DNA from: Giesbergeria sp.
GTDB lineage: Bacteria; Pseudomonadota; Gammaproteobacteria; Burkholderiales; Burkholderiaceae_C
Reading direction: 5' to 3'
Assembly: GCA_030690515.1 (NCBI GenBank)
Contig: JAUYGP010000569.1
Span: 1 to 54,045 of the forward strand
Length of the DNA stretch: 54,045 nt
Positions 1 to 8,287 of the stretch are shown piece by piece. The translations under genes were made by a program, and so were the position numbers. Each line of letters begins with the position of its first letter. Within the stretch, counting starts at the first letter, position 1. The notes beneath the pieces are model-generated. The model did no database searches. It was not told the origin of the DNA and saw only the letters and a list, made by a program, of their open reading frames with translations.

Positions 1-795
1 ATCGCCTTGAGCGCCGAGGCCCTGGCCCTGCTGGGCACCGACGGCACGCACCTGCAAGACCTGAGCCTGGCGCTGCGCCGTGAGCTGGAGGGCATCGTCT
101 GCCTGGGCCCGCTGCGCCGCCGCCCCGAGCGCGACTACGTGTGGAACAAGACCGCCCCCGGCGAGGTAGGCAGCGACGGCCACAAGGCGATCGACGCCCT
201 GCTGGCCAACACCCTGCTGCCGTCCGAGCACCAGGGCAGCGTGCTGCGCAGCGTATCGCACTGGCTGCAGCGCATGGGCATGGCCGAGCAGCTGAGCGTG
301 CGCGCGGTGGGCCGCTCGGGCCGCTACGAGGTGCTGGTGCACCACGACGGCGTGGTGGCCAACCTGCGCGACGTAGGCGTGGGTGTCTCGCAGGTGCTGC
401 CGGTGCTGGCCGTGGCCTACTGCGCGCCGCCGGGCAGCACCGTGCTGCTGGAGGAGCCCGAGATCCACCTGCACCCGCTGGCCCAGGCCGTGCTGGCCGA
501 AATGTTTGCCGAGGTGAGCCAGCAGCGCCAGGTGCAATTTCTGGTCGAAACGCACTCCGAGCACCTGTTCCGCCGCATGCAGACGCTGATTGCCCGGCGC
601 CAGGCCAGCACCGCGCAGTGCCGCATGCTGTTCGTCGAGCGCCAAGGGGCGGATGCCGTGCTGGTGCCGCTGGACGTGGACGAATTTGGCGCCGTGCGCA
701 ACTGGCCGCCGCGCTTCTTTGGCGACGCGATGGGCGAGGCGCGCGAACAGGCCAGGGCCCGCGCACTGCGCCTGCGGGAAGCCGCCGGTGGCTGA
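1..795 (+). CDS. ABC/AAA-family ATPase with C-terminal DUF3696-like region (5' truncated by window edge)
   Basis: ABC signature-like DVGVGVSQ, Walker B/D-loop LLEEPEIHLHP, H-loop VETHSEH, C-terminal D..G....WP..FF. Walker A lies upstream of the window. Confidence 0.85.
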   Translation: MALSAEALALLGTDGTHLQDLSLALRRELEGIVCLGPLRRRPERDYVWNKTAPGEVGSDGHKAIDALLANTLLPSEHQGSVLRSVSHWLQRMGMAEQLSVRAVGRSGRYEVLVHHDGVVANLRDVGVGVSQVLPVLAVAYCAPPGSTVLLEEPEIHLHPLAQAVLAEMFAEVSQQRQVQFLVETHSEHLFRRMQTLIARRQASTAQCRMLFVERQGADAVLVPLDVDEFGAVRNWPPRFFGDAMGEAREQARARALRLREAAGG

Positions 796-805
796 GGCCG
801 GTGCC

Positions 806-1351
806 ATGCAGGCCCGCCTGGTGGACACCAACGTGCTCATCGTCGCCAGCGCGGTCGACGAAGGCTCGCCCTTTCGCCAGGACGCCACCCCCGTGGAAGA
901 GGCCGCGCTGCGCCAGCAGGTGTTTGACTGGCTCGAAGCGTTTGAGGCCGACAGCACGCGCCACGCCGTGCTCGACGTGGACTGGCATGTCTGCGGCGAA
1001 TACCGCCACAAGCTCACCGAGCAGGACTACGGCTGGCTGGCCATGATGCACAAGATGGACCGTGGCGAGGTGGTGTGGGTCGATGTGCTGCTCGACAAGA
1101 ACGGCAACGCCGTGCTGCCGCCCGAGCTGGCCGAGGCCGTGACCGACCTGGCCGACCGCAAGATGGTGGCCGCCGCCCTCGCCGCGCTGGACGCAGGCCA
1201 CGCAACCCAGATCACCAACGCCGCCGACACCGACTGGATCGACTGCCAGCAGGCCCTGAACGCCGTCGGGCTGGAGGTGGAAAACCTGCTGCCCGACTGG
1301 CTACAGGCGCGCTGGCATGTCAAACACCCGCGCATTCGGCGCGCAAAATAG
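806..1351 (+). CDS. PIN-domain-like putative ribonuclease
   Basis: N-terminal LVDTNVLI, then GEY, DLADRKMVAAA and ADTDW give the D/E/D/D acidic set of PIN folds. Start is ATG 806 or GTG 788 (overlapping the ATPase stop). Confidence 0.7.
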   Translation: MQARLVDTNVLIVASAVDEGSPFRQDATPVEEAALRQQVFDWLEAFEADSTRHAVLDVDWHVCGEYRHKLTEQDYGWLAMMHKMDRGEVVWVDVLLDKNGNAVLPPELAEAVTDLADRKMVAAALAALDAGHATQITNAADTDWIDCQQALNAVGLEVENLLPDWLQARWHVKHPRIRRAK

Positions 1352-1357
1352 GCACTT

Positions 1358-2038
1358 ATGTCCGAAGATTTTTTCCGCTTTCCCCACACCCCCCACATTG
1401 CCTGGCTGGCCACGGGCGCGCCGCGCGACGACAAAGTGCTCTCCCCCGCCGAGGCCGAGGACATCCTCAGCGGCCCCGTGGTGCTGGAGGAAAAACTCGA
1501 CGGCGCCAACCTGGGCTTCTCGGTCTCGCCCGACGGCGTGCTGCGCGCCCAGAACCGGGGCCAGTACCTGCCCCAGCCGTTCCACGGCCAGTTCGCCCGC
1601 CTGGGCCCCTGGCTGGCCGCGCACGAAGACAAGCTGTTCGACGCCCTGGGCACGCACCTGGTGGCCTTTGGCGAATGGTGCGCCGCGCGCCACTCGCTCG
1701 ACTACGCCACCCTGCCCGACTGGTGGATGCTGTTCGACGTATACGACCGCCAGGAACAACGCTTCTGGAGCACCCCGCGCCGCAACGCCTGGGCCGCGCA
1801 GATGGGCTTCAACACCGTGCCGTGCCTGTACACGGGCGAAGTCACGCTGGACCAGCTGCGCGAGTGGGTGCACGCCCACGACAGCCAGTTCCGCCAGGGC
1901 AACCTGGAGGGCATCGTGGTGCGGCGCGAGAACGCCGACTGGCTGGAGAACCGCGCCAAGCTGGTGCGCGCGGACTTCACGCAGACGATAGAGGCGCACT
2001 GGAGAAGCCGGGCGCTGGAGTGGAATCGGGTGGTGTGA
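1358..2038 (+). CDS. ATP-dependent RNA ligase family (covalent nucleotidyltransferase)
   Basis: FPHTPH N-terminus; motif I EEKLDGAN; III FGEW; IIIa FDVYD; IV EGIVVR; V RAKLV. No OB domain. Confidence 0.85.
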   Translation: MSEDFFRFPHTPHIAWLATGAPRDDKVLSPAEAEDILSGPVVLEEKLDGANLGFSVSPDGVLRAQNRGQYLPQPFHGQFARLGPWLAAHEDKLFDALGTHLVAFGEWCAARHSLDYATLPDWWMLFDVYDRQEQRFWSTPRRNAWAAQMGFNTVPCLYTGEVTLDQLREWVHAHDSQFRQGNLEGIVVRRENADWLENRAKLVRADFTQTIEAHWRSRALEWNRVV

Positions 2039-2189
2039 GGGGGAGGTGGCTTGCGGCGGCAGATTCAACCGGTAGTTGCAACACCTTTGCCGCACCTCTC
2101 AGCGGGTGTGTGGCAGCCGAGCGTCTTGCGGCCTCTTGTTCAATTGTCTCGCGAGCTATTGCATTGGGCTGATACGGGGAGTGCCCCGG

Positions 2190-2365
2190 CGGGTTCATTC
2201 CCTTTGCCATGCGCTGCCACGGACTTTACCGGCTTTTGCCCGACGGCCAGGATCATGGCGGCGATGGGCCTGTGTGATGCAGACGGCTGTAGCACATCTG
2301 CCAGCAGCAAGCGCTGCCAGACGCAGAGCTCGCTACGACATGAACACGGCAACCACGCGCCTTGA
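2190..2365 (+). pseudogene. possible frameshifted remnant of a DUF2892/YgaP-like small membrane protein
   Basis: GFIPFA in one frame joins TGFCPTARIMAAMG in another, resembling the IPL.TG..GFCP motif. No intact start. Confidence 0.3.
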
Positions 2366-2435
2366 CGCTGCGTGCAGGCGCGTTGCTGGTGGATGTGCGC
2401 CGAAAATGGTCTGAATCCGATGAAAGAATGACGAC

Positions 2436-2867
2436 ATGACGACCACCCCCACCAAGATGCAGTTTCACGTGGTGTCTCACCGCGAGAGTGCGCACGCCAG
2501 CAGCGCTGCCTGCAAGAACGCACGTATCGATCTGGACACCGACCTGGAGGGCAACCCCGACGCCTTCAATCCGGCCGAACTGCTGCTCGCAGCACTCTCG
2601 GCCTGCATGATCAAGGGCATCGAGCGCGTCACGCCCATCCTCAAGTTCCAGCTTCGCGGTGTGGAGGTTCAGGTGCACGGCGTTCGCCAGGACGTGCCCC
2701 CACGCATGGAGTCCATCCGCTACGAGATCGTGGTGGACACCGATGAACCTGATCGACGTCTCGATCTGCTGCATGACAACGTCAAGAAGTTCGGTACGGT
2801 GTTCAACACCGTCGCCCCAGGAACGGACCTCTCGGGCGTGTTGCGCCGAAAGAATGCAACCCCATGA
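2436..2867 (+). CDS. OsmC family protein
   Basis: FNPAELLLAALSACM motif, 143 aa; ATGA overlap with the next gene. Confidence 0.85.
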   Translation: MTTTPTKMQFHVVSHRESAHASSAACKNARIDLDTDLEGNPDAFNPAELLLAALSACMIKGIERVTPILKFQLRGVEVQVHGVRQDVPPRMESIRYEIVVDTDEPDRRLDLLHDNVKKFGTVFNTVAPGTDLSGVLRRKNATP

Positions 2868-3802
2868 GTGCCAGCCACGATCACAGCCACGCGCCTGCCA
2901 ATTTCAATGCCGCCTTTGCCATCGGCATCGGTTTGAACGTCGTTTTCGTGGCGATCGAGGCCTTTTATGGCTGGAAGATCAACTCGCTGGCGCTGCTGGC
3001 CGACGCAGGCCACAACCTGAGCGACGTCATCGGCCTGGTATTGGCCTGGGGCGGCGCGCTGGCGGGCAAGCTGCGGCCTGATGCGCGCCATACCTATGGC
3101 TGGAAGCGCGCCAGCATTCTGGCCGCTTTTATCAATGCTTTGCTTCTGCTGGTGGCCATGGGTTCGCTGGTATGGGAGGCGCTGCATCGCCTGCAATCAC
3201 CCGAACCGGTCGAGGGCGTCACCATCATGGTGGTGGCCGGAATCGGCATTGTGGTCAACACCGCAACGGCGCTGCTGTTCGTCCGCGGGCGGGAGAAAGA
3301 CCTGAACATCCGGGGCGCCTTTCTGCACATGGCGGCGGACGCCCTGGTCTCGGTCGGTGTGGTCGTTGCTGGCGCGCTGGCGTTGTGGTTCGGCTGGGCC
3401 TGGTTGGACCCGGTGGTCAGCCTGCTGATTGCCGCCGTGATCGTGGTCGGCACCTGGAGCCTGTTCCGGCAATCCCTGCACCTGTTGTTCGACGGCGTAC
3501 CCGAAAGCGTGGACCTGTTGCAGGTCAAAGCCCTGCTGGAGGCTCTGCCGGGTGTGGATCGCGTGCACGACCTTCACGTATGGGCCATGGGCACTTCGGA
3601 AATCGCCATGACGGCGCAGCTGGTCATGCCCAACGGCCCAGCAGGGGATGCCTTCTTGCAAAGCGCCACCGAGCAGTTGCACGATCGGTTCGAGATTGCG
3701 CACGTGACCATCCAGGTCGTACAGGTGCCTTTCACCGTGCCCTGCGGCAATCTCTCGTCGTTGGCGGCCGCTTCACATCTCCCGGAGGGCGGACGACCAT
3801 GA
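2864..3802 (+). CDS. cation diffusion facilitator (CzcD/ZitB-like) metal efflux transporter
   Basis: His-rich N-terminus, LLADAGHNLSD and AFLHMAAD metal-site motifs, HDLHVW, multiple TM segments. Confidence 0.92.
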   Translation: MSASHDHSHAPANFNAAFAIGIGLNVVFVAIEAFYGWKINSLALLADAGHNLSDVIGLVLAWGGALAGKLRPDARHTYGWKRASILAAFINALLLLVAMGSLVWEALHRLQSPEPVEGVTIMVVAGIGIVVNTATALLFVRGREKDLNIRGAFLHMAADALVSVGVVVAGALALWFGWAWLDPVVSLLIAAVIVVGTWSLFRQSLHLLFDGVPESVDLLQVKALLEALPGVDRVHDLHVWAMGTSEIAMTAQLVMPNGPAGDAFLQSATEQLHDRFEIAHVTIQVVQVPFTVPCGNLSSLAAASHLPEGGRP

Positions 3803-3861
3803 TCCCGTCCACGGAGGTACCAACTATTGACGCCTGAACCTGATCCTGGTCAAGCCAGGAT

Positions 3862-3888
3862 TGCATCTTTCGTGACGTTGGTTCGTCT
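3862..3888 (+). promoter_or_regulatory. putative ECF (SigZ-type) promoter TGCATCTTT-N13-CGTCT
   Basis: Same motif and spacing as 6685-6711; lies 45 bp upstream of the CMD gene. Confidence 0.6.
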
Positions 3889-3932
3889 ACTTGGTACGGT
3901 GCTCTTCCCGAAGCAACAAAGGATGATTTGCC

Positions 3933-4298
3933 ATGAACGCCAACGAAATTCTGGAAAAGATGCGCAAGGGCATGGGCGAGGTGCCCGCCGCCATCGAGAA
4001 GTCGGTCCCGGTGGACCCGGCGCTGATCCAGGAGCACATGCGCTCCAAAGCATTTGCGATGCCAGTGGAACAGCCGGCACTGGACGAAGACACCCGGACG
4101 CTGATCTATCTGGCGGCGGCACTCGCGGGCACCAGCCCGGCCTGTGTGAAGGCCATGTCGAACAAGATCGTCCAGCAAGGTATTGCCCCCGCCAAGGTGA
4201 TTGAAACCGTGCACATCGTGCGTCTGGCGATGGCGACCAAAATCATTGGTGACGCCGAGCCTGTGTTTGATGCGTTGGGCCACCTCGCGTCAAAGTGA
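3933..4298 (+). CDS. carboxymuconolactone decarboxylase/AhpD-like protein
   Basis: ALDEDTRTLIYLAAALA..SPAC and EV/ET-type helix pattern; RBS AGGA upstream. Confidence 0.75.
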   Translation: MNANEILEKMRKGMGEVPAAIEKSVPVDPALIQEHMRSKAFAMPVEQPALDEDTRTLIYLAAALAGTSPACVKAMSNKIVQQGIAPAKVIETVHIVRLAMATKIIGDAEPVFDALGHLASK

Positions 4299-4400
4299 TT
4301 CAGGCGGGGGCGCAAACGTGTAGACATGCGCAGCACGCTTTGCGGCGATACGCCATTTATGGCCACCAAGTCGGGCGCCAAGGTGGTTACGGTGGTGCGT
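4299..4400 (-). pseudogene. possible degraded GGDEF C-terminal remnant
   Basis: Minus strand reads ..AAKRAAHVYTFAP, resembling the AMY.AK..G.N...F ending of GGDEF domains, with frameshifts. Confidence 0.25.
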
Positions 4401-4417
4401 GCGGCCCGTCGCGCAGA

Positions 4418-5860
4418 TCAGCCCGCCTCGGCAGAACCGGGTGCGAACCGGATCCGGTTGCGCCCATCTTCCTTGGCCTGGTACATCGCTGCATCTGCCC
4501 GGTCGATCACGCTGTTCTGGCTCTCGTCGCGCCCGTGGAAAACCGCCACGCCGATGCTGGCGGTGCAACGATGTTCGATCGTTCCCGTCACCGGGCCGGA
4601 GGATGCAGCCTGGAGCACATAGGGCTCGGCCAGGCGCATGCGGATCTTCTCTGCAATGACGGCGGCTTGCGCGGCGGCCTCGTCCTGCTGCATGTCCAGC
4701 TCGCACAGCAGCACGACGAACTCGTCGCCGCCAAAGCGGGCCACGGTGTCGGCTTCGCGCACGCAGGCTTTCAGGCGCTCGGCCACTTCGATCAGCAGCA
4801 GGTCGCCCGTGGCGTGGCCGTGTGTATCGTTGAGGGACTTGAAATTGTCGAGGTCCAGAAACAGCAGCGCGCCGTGGCGGTGGCTGCGCTTGCTGGCCGA
4901 CATGGCCTGGTCCAGGTGTTCGACCAGCAGGCGGCGGTTGGCCAGGTGGGTGAGGGGGTCGTGGAAGGCGAGTTGGCGCACCTGTTCTTCCAGGCGCCTG
5001 CGCTCGGTGATCTCGCGGGTGATGCCGTGGTACCCCACGATATCTCCCTGCGCATTGCGCTCAGGCTTGGACAGCACCTCGCCCCAGATGATGCGGTCAT
5101 CCTTGCAGCGGTGTTCGACCTGAAAAGTCAGGAACCCTTCCGATGTGTCGGTGGGGTCTTCCACGGCCCGGCGTTTGAGCAGGCCTTTGACCAGAGCAAC
5201 GCCTTTGTCGGTGAACATCTCAAAGACATGGTGCCCCACCACTTCGTCGGCCCGAAAGCCGCGCAGGCGTTCGTCTGCCGGGCTGATGTAGGTGACGACG
5301 AGGCGGCTGTCGGTCTTCCAAAGCACATCTTGCGCATCTTCGGTCAGCAGGCGGTAGAGGGCCTGGCTTTCGTGCAGTTCCCGGGTGCGTTCGTCCACCA
5401 GGGCCTGCAGCACCATGTTGTGCTCCTGCAGGCTTTTGAGGGGATAGACCTCGCCGTCCTGCGCGCTCTGGTACGGGATGGAGATGCCGCTGTGCACGAT
5501 CATCCACTCGGCGCCTTCCTGGCGGAAGATCAGCACCAGCCGCGCGACTTCTCTGGACAGCAGTTGGCCGTCGCTGGGCAAATGGATGTGAAAGAAGGCG
5601 GCCACCACCACCACGTCGTTGCCCAGGTCTTGCAGCGCGAGGTCGAGCATCTCGATGCGAATGCGGCCCGGTACCTGCGCGAAGTCTTGCCGGGTGATCT
5701 TGATCCACTCGTCCCGGTCATGGATCAGCACTTTCCCACTGCCCGTGTAGCCGCTGAAGTTCTGGCTGAAGCGTTCGGTCAGGCGGTCGTCCCGCGCGGC
5801 GTACATCTCGATGTACTCATGGAAGAGTTCACGAATCTTGCGCTGGCGATCCTGGTGCAT
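4418..5860 (-). CDS. diguanylate cyclase with SnoaL/NTF2-like N-domain and PAS
   Basis: RFGGDEF intact; LAFHDPLTHLANRR; PAS/PAC region; N-terminal ..WMIVHSGIS NTF2-like domain. Start taken at MHQDRQ. Confidence 0.9.
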   Translation of the reverse strand: MHQDRQRKIRELFHEYIEMYAARDDRLTERFSQNFSGYTGSGKVLIHDRDEWIKITRQDFAQVPGRIRIEMLDLALQDLGNDVVVVAAFFHIHLPSDGQLLSREVARLVLIFRQEGAEWMIVHSGISIPYQSAQDGEVYPLKSLQEHNMVLQALVDERTRELHESQALYRLLTEDAQDVLWKTDSRLVVTYISPADERLRGFRADEVVGHHVFEMFTDKGVALVKGLLKRRAVEDPTDTSEGFLTFQVEHRCKDDRIIWGEVLSKPERNAQGDIVGYHGITREITERRRLEEQVRQLAFHDPLTHLANRRLLVEHLDQAMSASKRSHRHGALLFLDLDNFKSLNDTHGHATGDLLLIEVAERLKACVREADTVARFGGDEFVVLLCELDMQQDEAAAQAAVIAEKIRMRLAEPYVLQAASSGPVTGTIEHRCTASIGVAVFHGRDESQNSVIDRADAAMYQAKEDGRNRIRFAPGSAEAG

Positions 5861-6061
5861 GGTGCCGAAGGCCCTCGTTGGCGTAATTGCTCGTACCTGC
5901 AGGCATTGTCCCAGAAACGCCTGCGTTTTGATGCAATTTGTTACTTCGCGGTAGCCAAAGGGGTTGGCGACGGGTTCATTCTTGCTTTCTGTTGACAATA
6001 TGGCCACCATGTTCTTGTGCAGGCCAGTCATCGCCTCTGCATTGCCCTCAAAAGTACCGCC

Positions 6062-6610
6062 GTGAATTGCCTCGACACCGCCTGGAAACTGCACGCCCCC
6101 GAGTTGCGCGCCTGGCTGCGCCATCGGTTGAACCAACCGCAAGACGCCGAAGATGTCCTACAGGACGTGTTCATCAAAGCGCTGCGCCAGAAGAGCCGGT
6201 TTTGCACGGTCCTCAATCCCAGAGCGTGGCTGTTTGAGGTGGCCCGCAACACGCTGGCCGACCGCTGGAAATCGGCGCGTGAAACCATTGAACTGCCAGA
6301 CGATCTGGCCGCGCCTGTGCTGGAGGGCGCACCCGTGGACGGGCTGACGGCTTGCCTGCCCCGCGTGCTGTCGGAGCTGAAGGAGACAGACCGGCAAGCC
6401 ATCGTGCTGTGCGACCTGGGCGGCATGTCGCAGGTGGACTATGCGGCCCAGGTCGGGCTGAACCTGAGCGCCGCCAAGTCACGCCTTCAGCGCGCCCGGC
6501 AGCGCCTTCGCAATCAGATGTCCCTTGCCTGCCAGGTCACGATGAACAACGCTGGGCAGGTGGAAGACTTCCTACCCCGCCCACCCCTGGACACCCGTCC
6601 ACCGCAGTGA
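6062..6610 (+). CDS. sigZ: ECF RNA polymerase sigma factor, SigZ-like
   Basis: DAEDVLQDVF, AWLFEVARN and AAKSRLQRAR regions 2/4; C-terminal LACQV. GTG start at 6062 is inferred. Confidence 0.8.
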   Translation: MNCLDTAWKLHAPELRAWLRHRLNQPQDAEDVLQDVFIKALRQKSRFCTVLNPRAWLFEVARNTLADRWKSARETIELPDDLAAPVLEGAPVDGLTACLPRVLSELKETDRQAIVLCDLGGMSQVDYAAQVGLNLSAAKSRLQRARQRLRNQMSLACQVTMNNAGQVEDFLPRPPLDTRPPQ

Positions 6611-6684
6611 GATGCCCACACCGGGCCAGAGGACTGCGTAAATAGGGCCACGCCGGGCCGTCACTGAAAAATTTCTGAAACCGG

Positions 6685-6711
6685 TGCGTCTTTTGCCTGC
6701 GTCCGTCGTCT
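6685..6711 (+). promoter_or_regulatory. putative ECF (SigZ-type) promoter TGCGTCTTT-N13-CGTCT, probably leaderless
   Basis: Directly downstream of the sigma gene; the -10-like CGTC ends 9 nt before ATG 6720; no SD sequence. Confidence 0.6.
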
Positions 6712-6719
6712 TCACGGGA

Positions 6720-7766
6720 ATGAGCGCACAAACCTTTTCCCTCAAAGCCTGGCCAACGCGCCAGCCTCTGGCCTTTTTGGTGCTGGCGGCCATGGCATGG
6801 TTCGCCCTGTACCAAACCCTGTTGCCTGCATCAGAAGCGCTAGTCACCCTGTTGCCGGTGGAGCGCGATAGCCATTTGGGCGGTGCGCTCCAGTTCTTCC
6901 TTTATGACACCCCCAAGGTGCTGCTGCTGCTGACGGGGGTGGTGTTCGCCATGGGCATGGTCAACAGCTACTTCACGCCCGAGCGCACCCGCGCCTTGCT
7001 GGCGGGTCGAACCGAGGGGCTGGCCAATGTGATGGCCGCGAGCCTGGGGATCGTGACGCCTTTTTGCTCGTGCTCGGCGGTGCCCCTGTTCATTGGCTTT
7101 GTGCAGGCGGGCGTGCCGCTGGGGGTGACCTTCTCGTTCCTGATCTCTGCGCCCATGGTCAATGAGGTGGCGCTGACGCTGCTGTTTGGCATGTTCGGCT
7201 GGAAGGTTGCCCTGCTCTATCTGGGCCTGGGTTTGTCCGTGGCCGTGGTGGCCGGGTGGGTCATTGGCCGCCTGAAGATGGAAAGTCACCTGGAGGACTG
7301 GGTTCATGAGATGCCCAAGTTGTCGGCCGACTTTGAGGCGGGTGGTGCCACGCTGGGCGACCGCGTGCAGGCGGGTTTTGCTGCGGTACGCGAGATCGTG
7401 GGCAAAGTGTGGCCTTACATCCTGGCAGGCATTGCCATTGGTGCGGGCATCCATGGCTATGTTCCGCAGGACTTCATGGCCAGCTTCATGGGCAAGGATG
7501 CGTGGTGGTCGGTTCCGCTGGCTGTGGTGATTGGCGTGCCCATGTATACCAATGCGGCGGGGATCATCCCCATCGTGCAGGCCTTGCTGGCCAAGGGCGC
7601 CGCATTGGGCACCGTGCTGGCTTTCATGATGAGCGTGATTGCGCTCTCGCTGCCCGAGATGATCATTCTGCGCAAGGTGCTCAAGGTGCGTCTGATCGCC
7701 ACCTTCGCGGGGGTGGTGGCCTTTGGCATTTTGCTGGTGGGCTTTGTTTTCAACGCCGCTCTGTAA
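6720..7766 (+). CDS. ArsP/DUF318-family permease
   Basis: TPFCSCSAVP, SAPMVNE, GVPMY and SLPEM motifs; about 8 TM segments. Confidence 0.9.
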   Translation: MSAQTFSLKAWPTRQPLAFLVLAAMAWFALYQTLLPASEALVTLLPVERDSHLGGALQFFLYDTPKVLLLLTGVVFAMGMVNSYFTPERTRALLAGRTEGLANVMAASLGIVTPFCSCSAVPLFIGFVQAGVPLGVTFSFLISAPMVNEVALTLLFGMFGWKVALLYLGLGLSVAVVAGWVIGRLKMESHLEDWVHEMPKLSADFEAGGATLGDRVQAGFAAVREIVGKVWPYILAGIAIGAGIHGYVPQDFMASFMGKDAWWSVPLAVVIGVPMYTNAAGIIPIVQALLAKGAALGTVLAFMMSVIALSLPEMIILRKVLKVRLIATFAGVVAFGILLVGFVFNAAL

Positions 7767-7827
7767 CCGCACACGTTCACCCACCATTCTTTCTACCGTC
7801 GCAACTTACCAAATAAAGGAACCCACC

Positions 7828-8061
7828 ATGGATATCAAGGTACTCGGCACCGGATGCGCCAATTGCAAGAACACCATTGCATTGATCGAGCAGGTTGCGC
7901 AAGCCAACGGCGTTGCCGTTACGCTGGAGAAGGTTGAAGAAATGCGCGACATCGCCGGCTATGGCGTGATGCGCACGCCCGGCGTCGTCATCGATGGCAA
8001 AGTAGTGCACGCGGGCGGCGTCCCCAGCCGCGACCTAGTGCAAAGCTGGCTGGGCGGCTGA
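7828..8061 (+). CDS. small thioredoxin-like redox-active disulfide protein
   Basis: MDIKVLGTGCANC ... MRTPGVVIDG; RBS AAGGA; 77 aa. Confidence 0.9.
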   Translation: MDIKVLGTGCANCKNTIALIEQVAQANGVAVTLEKVEEMRDIAGYGVMRTPGVVIDGKVVHAGGVPSRDLVQSWLGG

Positions 8062-8177
8062 CGGCGGGCCGTGCCATTGGCTGTGCGGCAGGCATTCAAC
8101 TTCACGTTACGACGGCCCTGGAGGCCGACGGACGTGGGGCGCCAGAAAGCCAAGCACACACTGGCCCTAGCGGTTTA

Positions 8178-8236
8178 GGCAAAATCACACGCAATCGCCC
8201 ATCAGTCCAGCTCCGATAGCTATTATTTTTGATAGT
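8178..8236 (-). repeat. degenerate copy of the ~60 bp double-palindrome element
   Basis: Minus strand ACTATCAAAAATAATAGC-TATC-GGAGC-N10-GGCG...; first hairpin clear (10-nt loop), second eroded. Confidence 0.45.
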
Positions 8237-8287
8237 TTCGCGGTAACCCCGTTTCGCTTTGCGGCACTCCCCGCCACAATGCGGGCC

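Noticed and set aside
3799-3837. 12-codon ORF overlapping the CDF stop
   Set aside because: Too short to support; it may be a gene stub but has no recognisable motif.
4295-5995. 566-aa plus-strand ORF
   Set aside because: Antisense shadow of the DGC with no motifs; typical of high-GC DNA.
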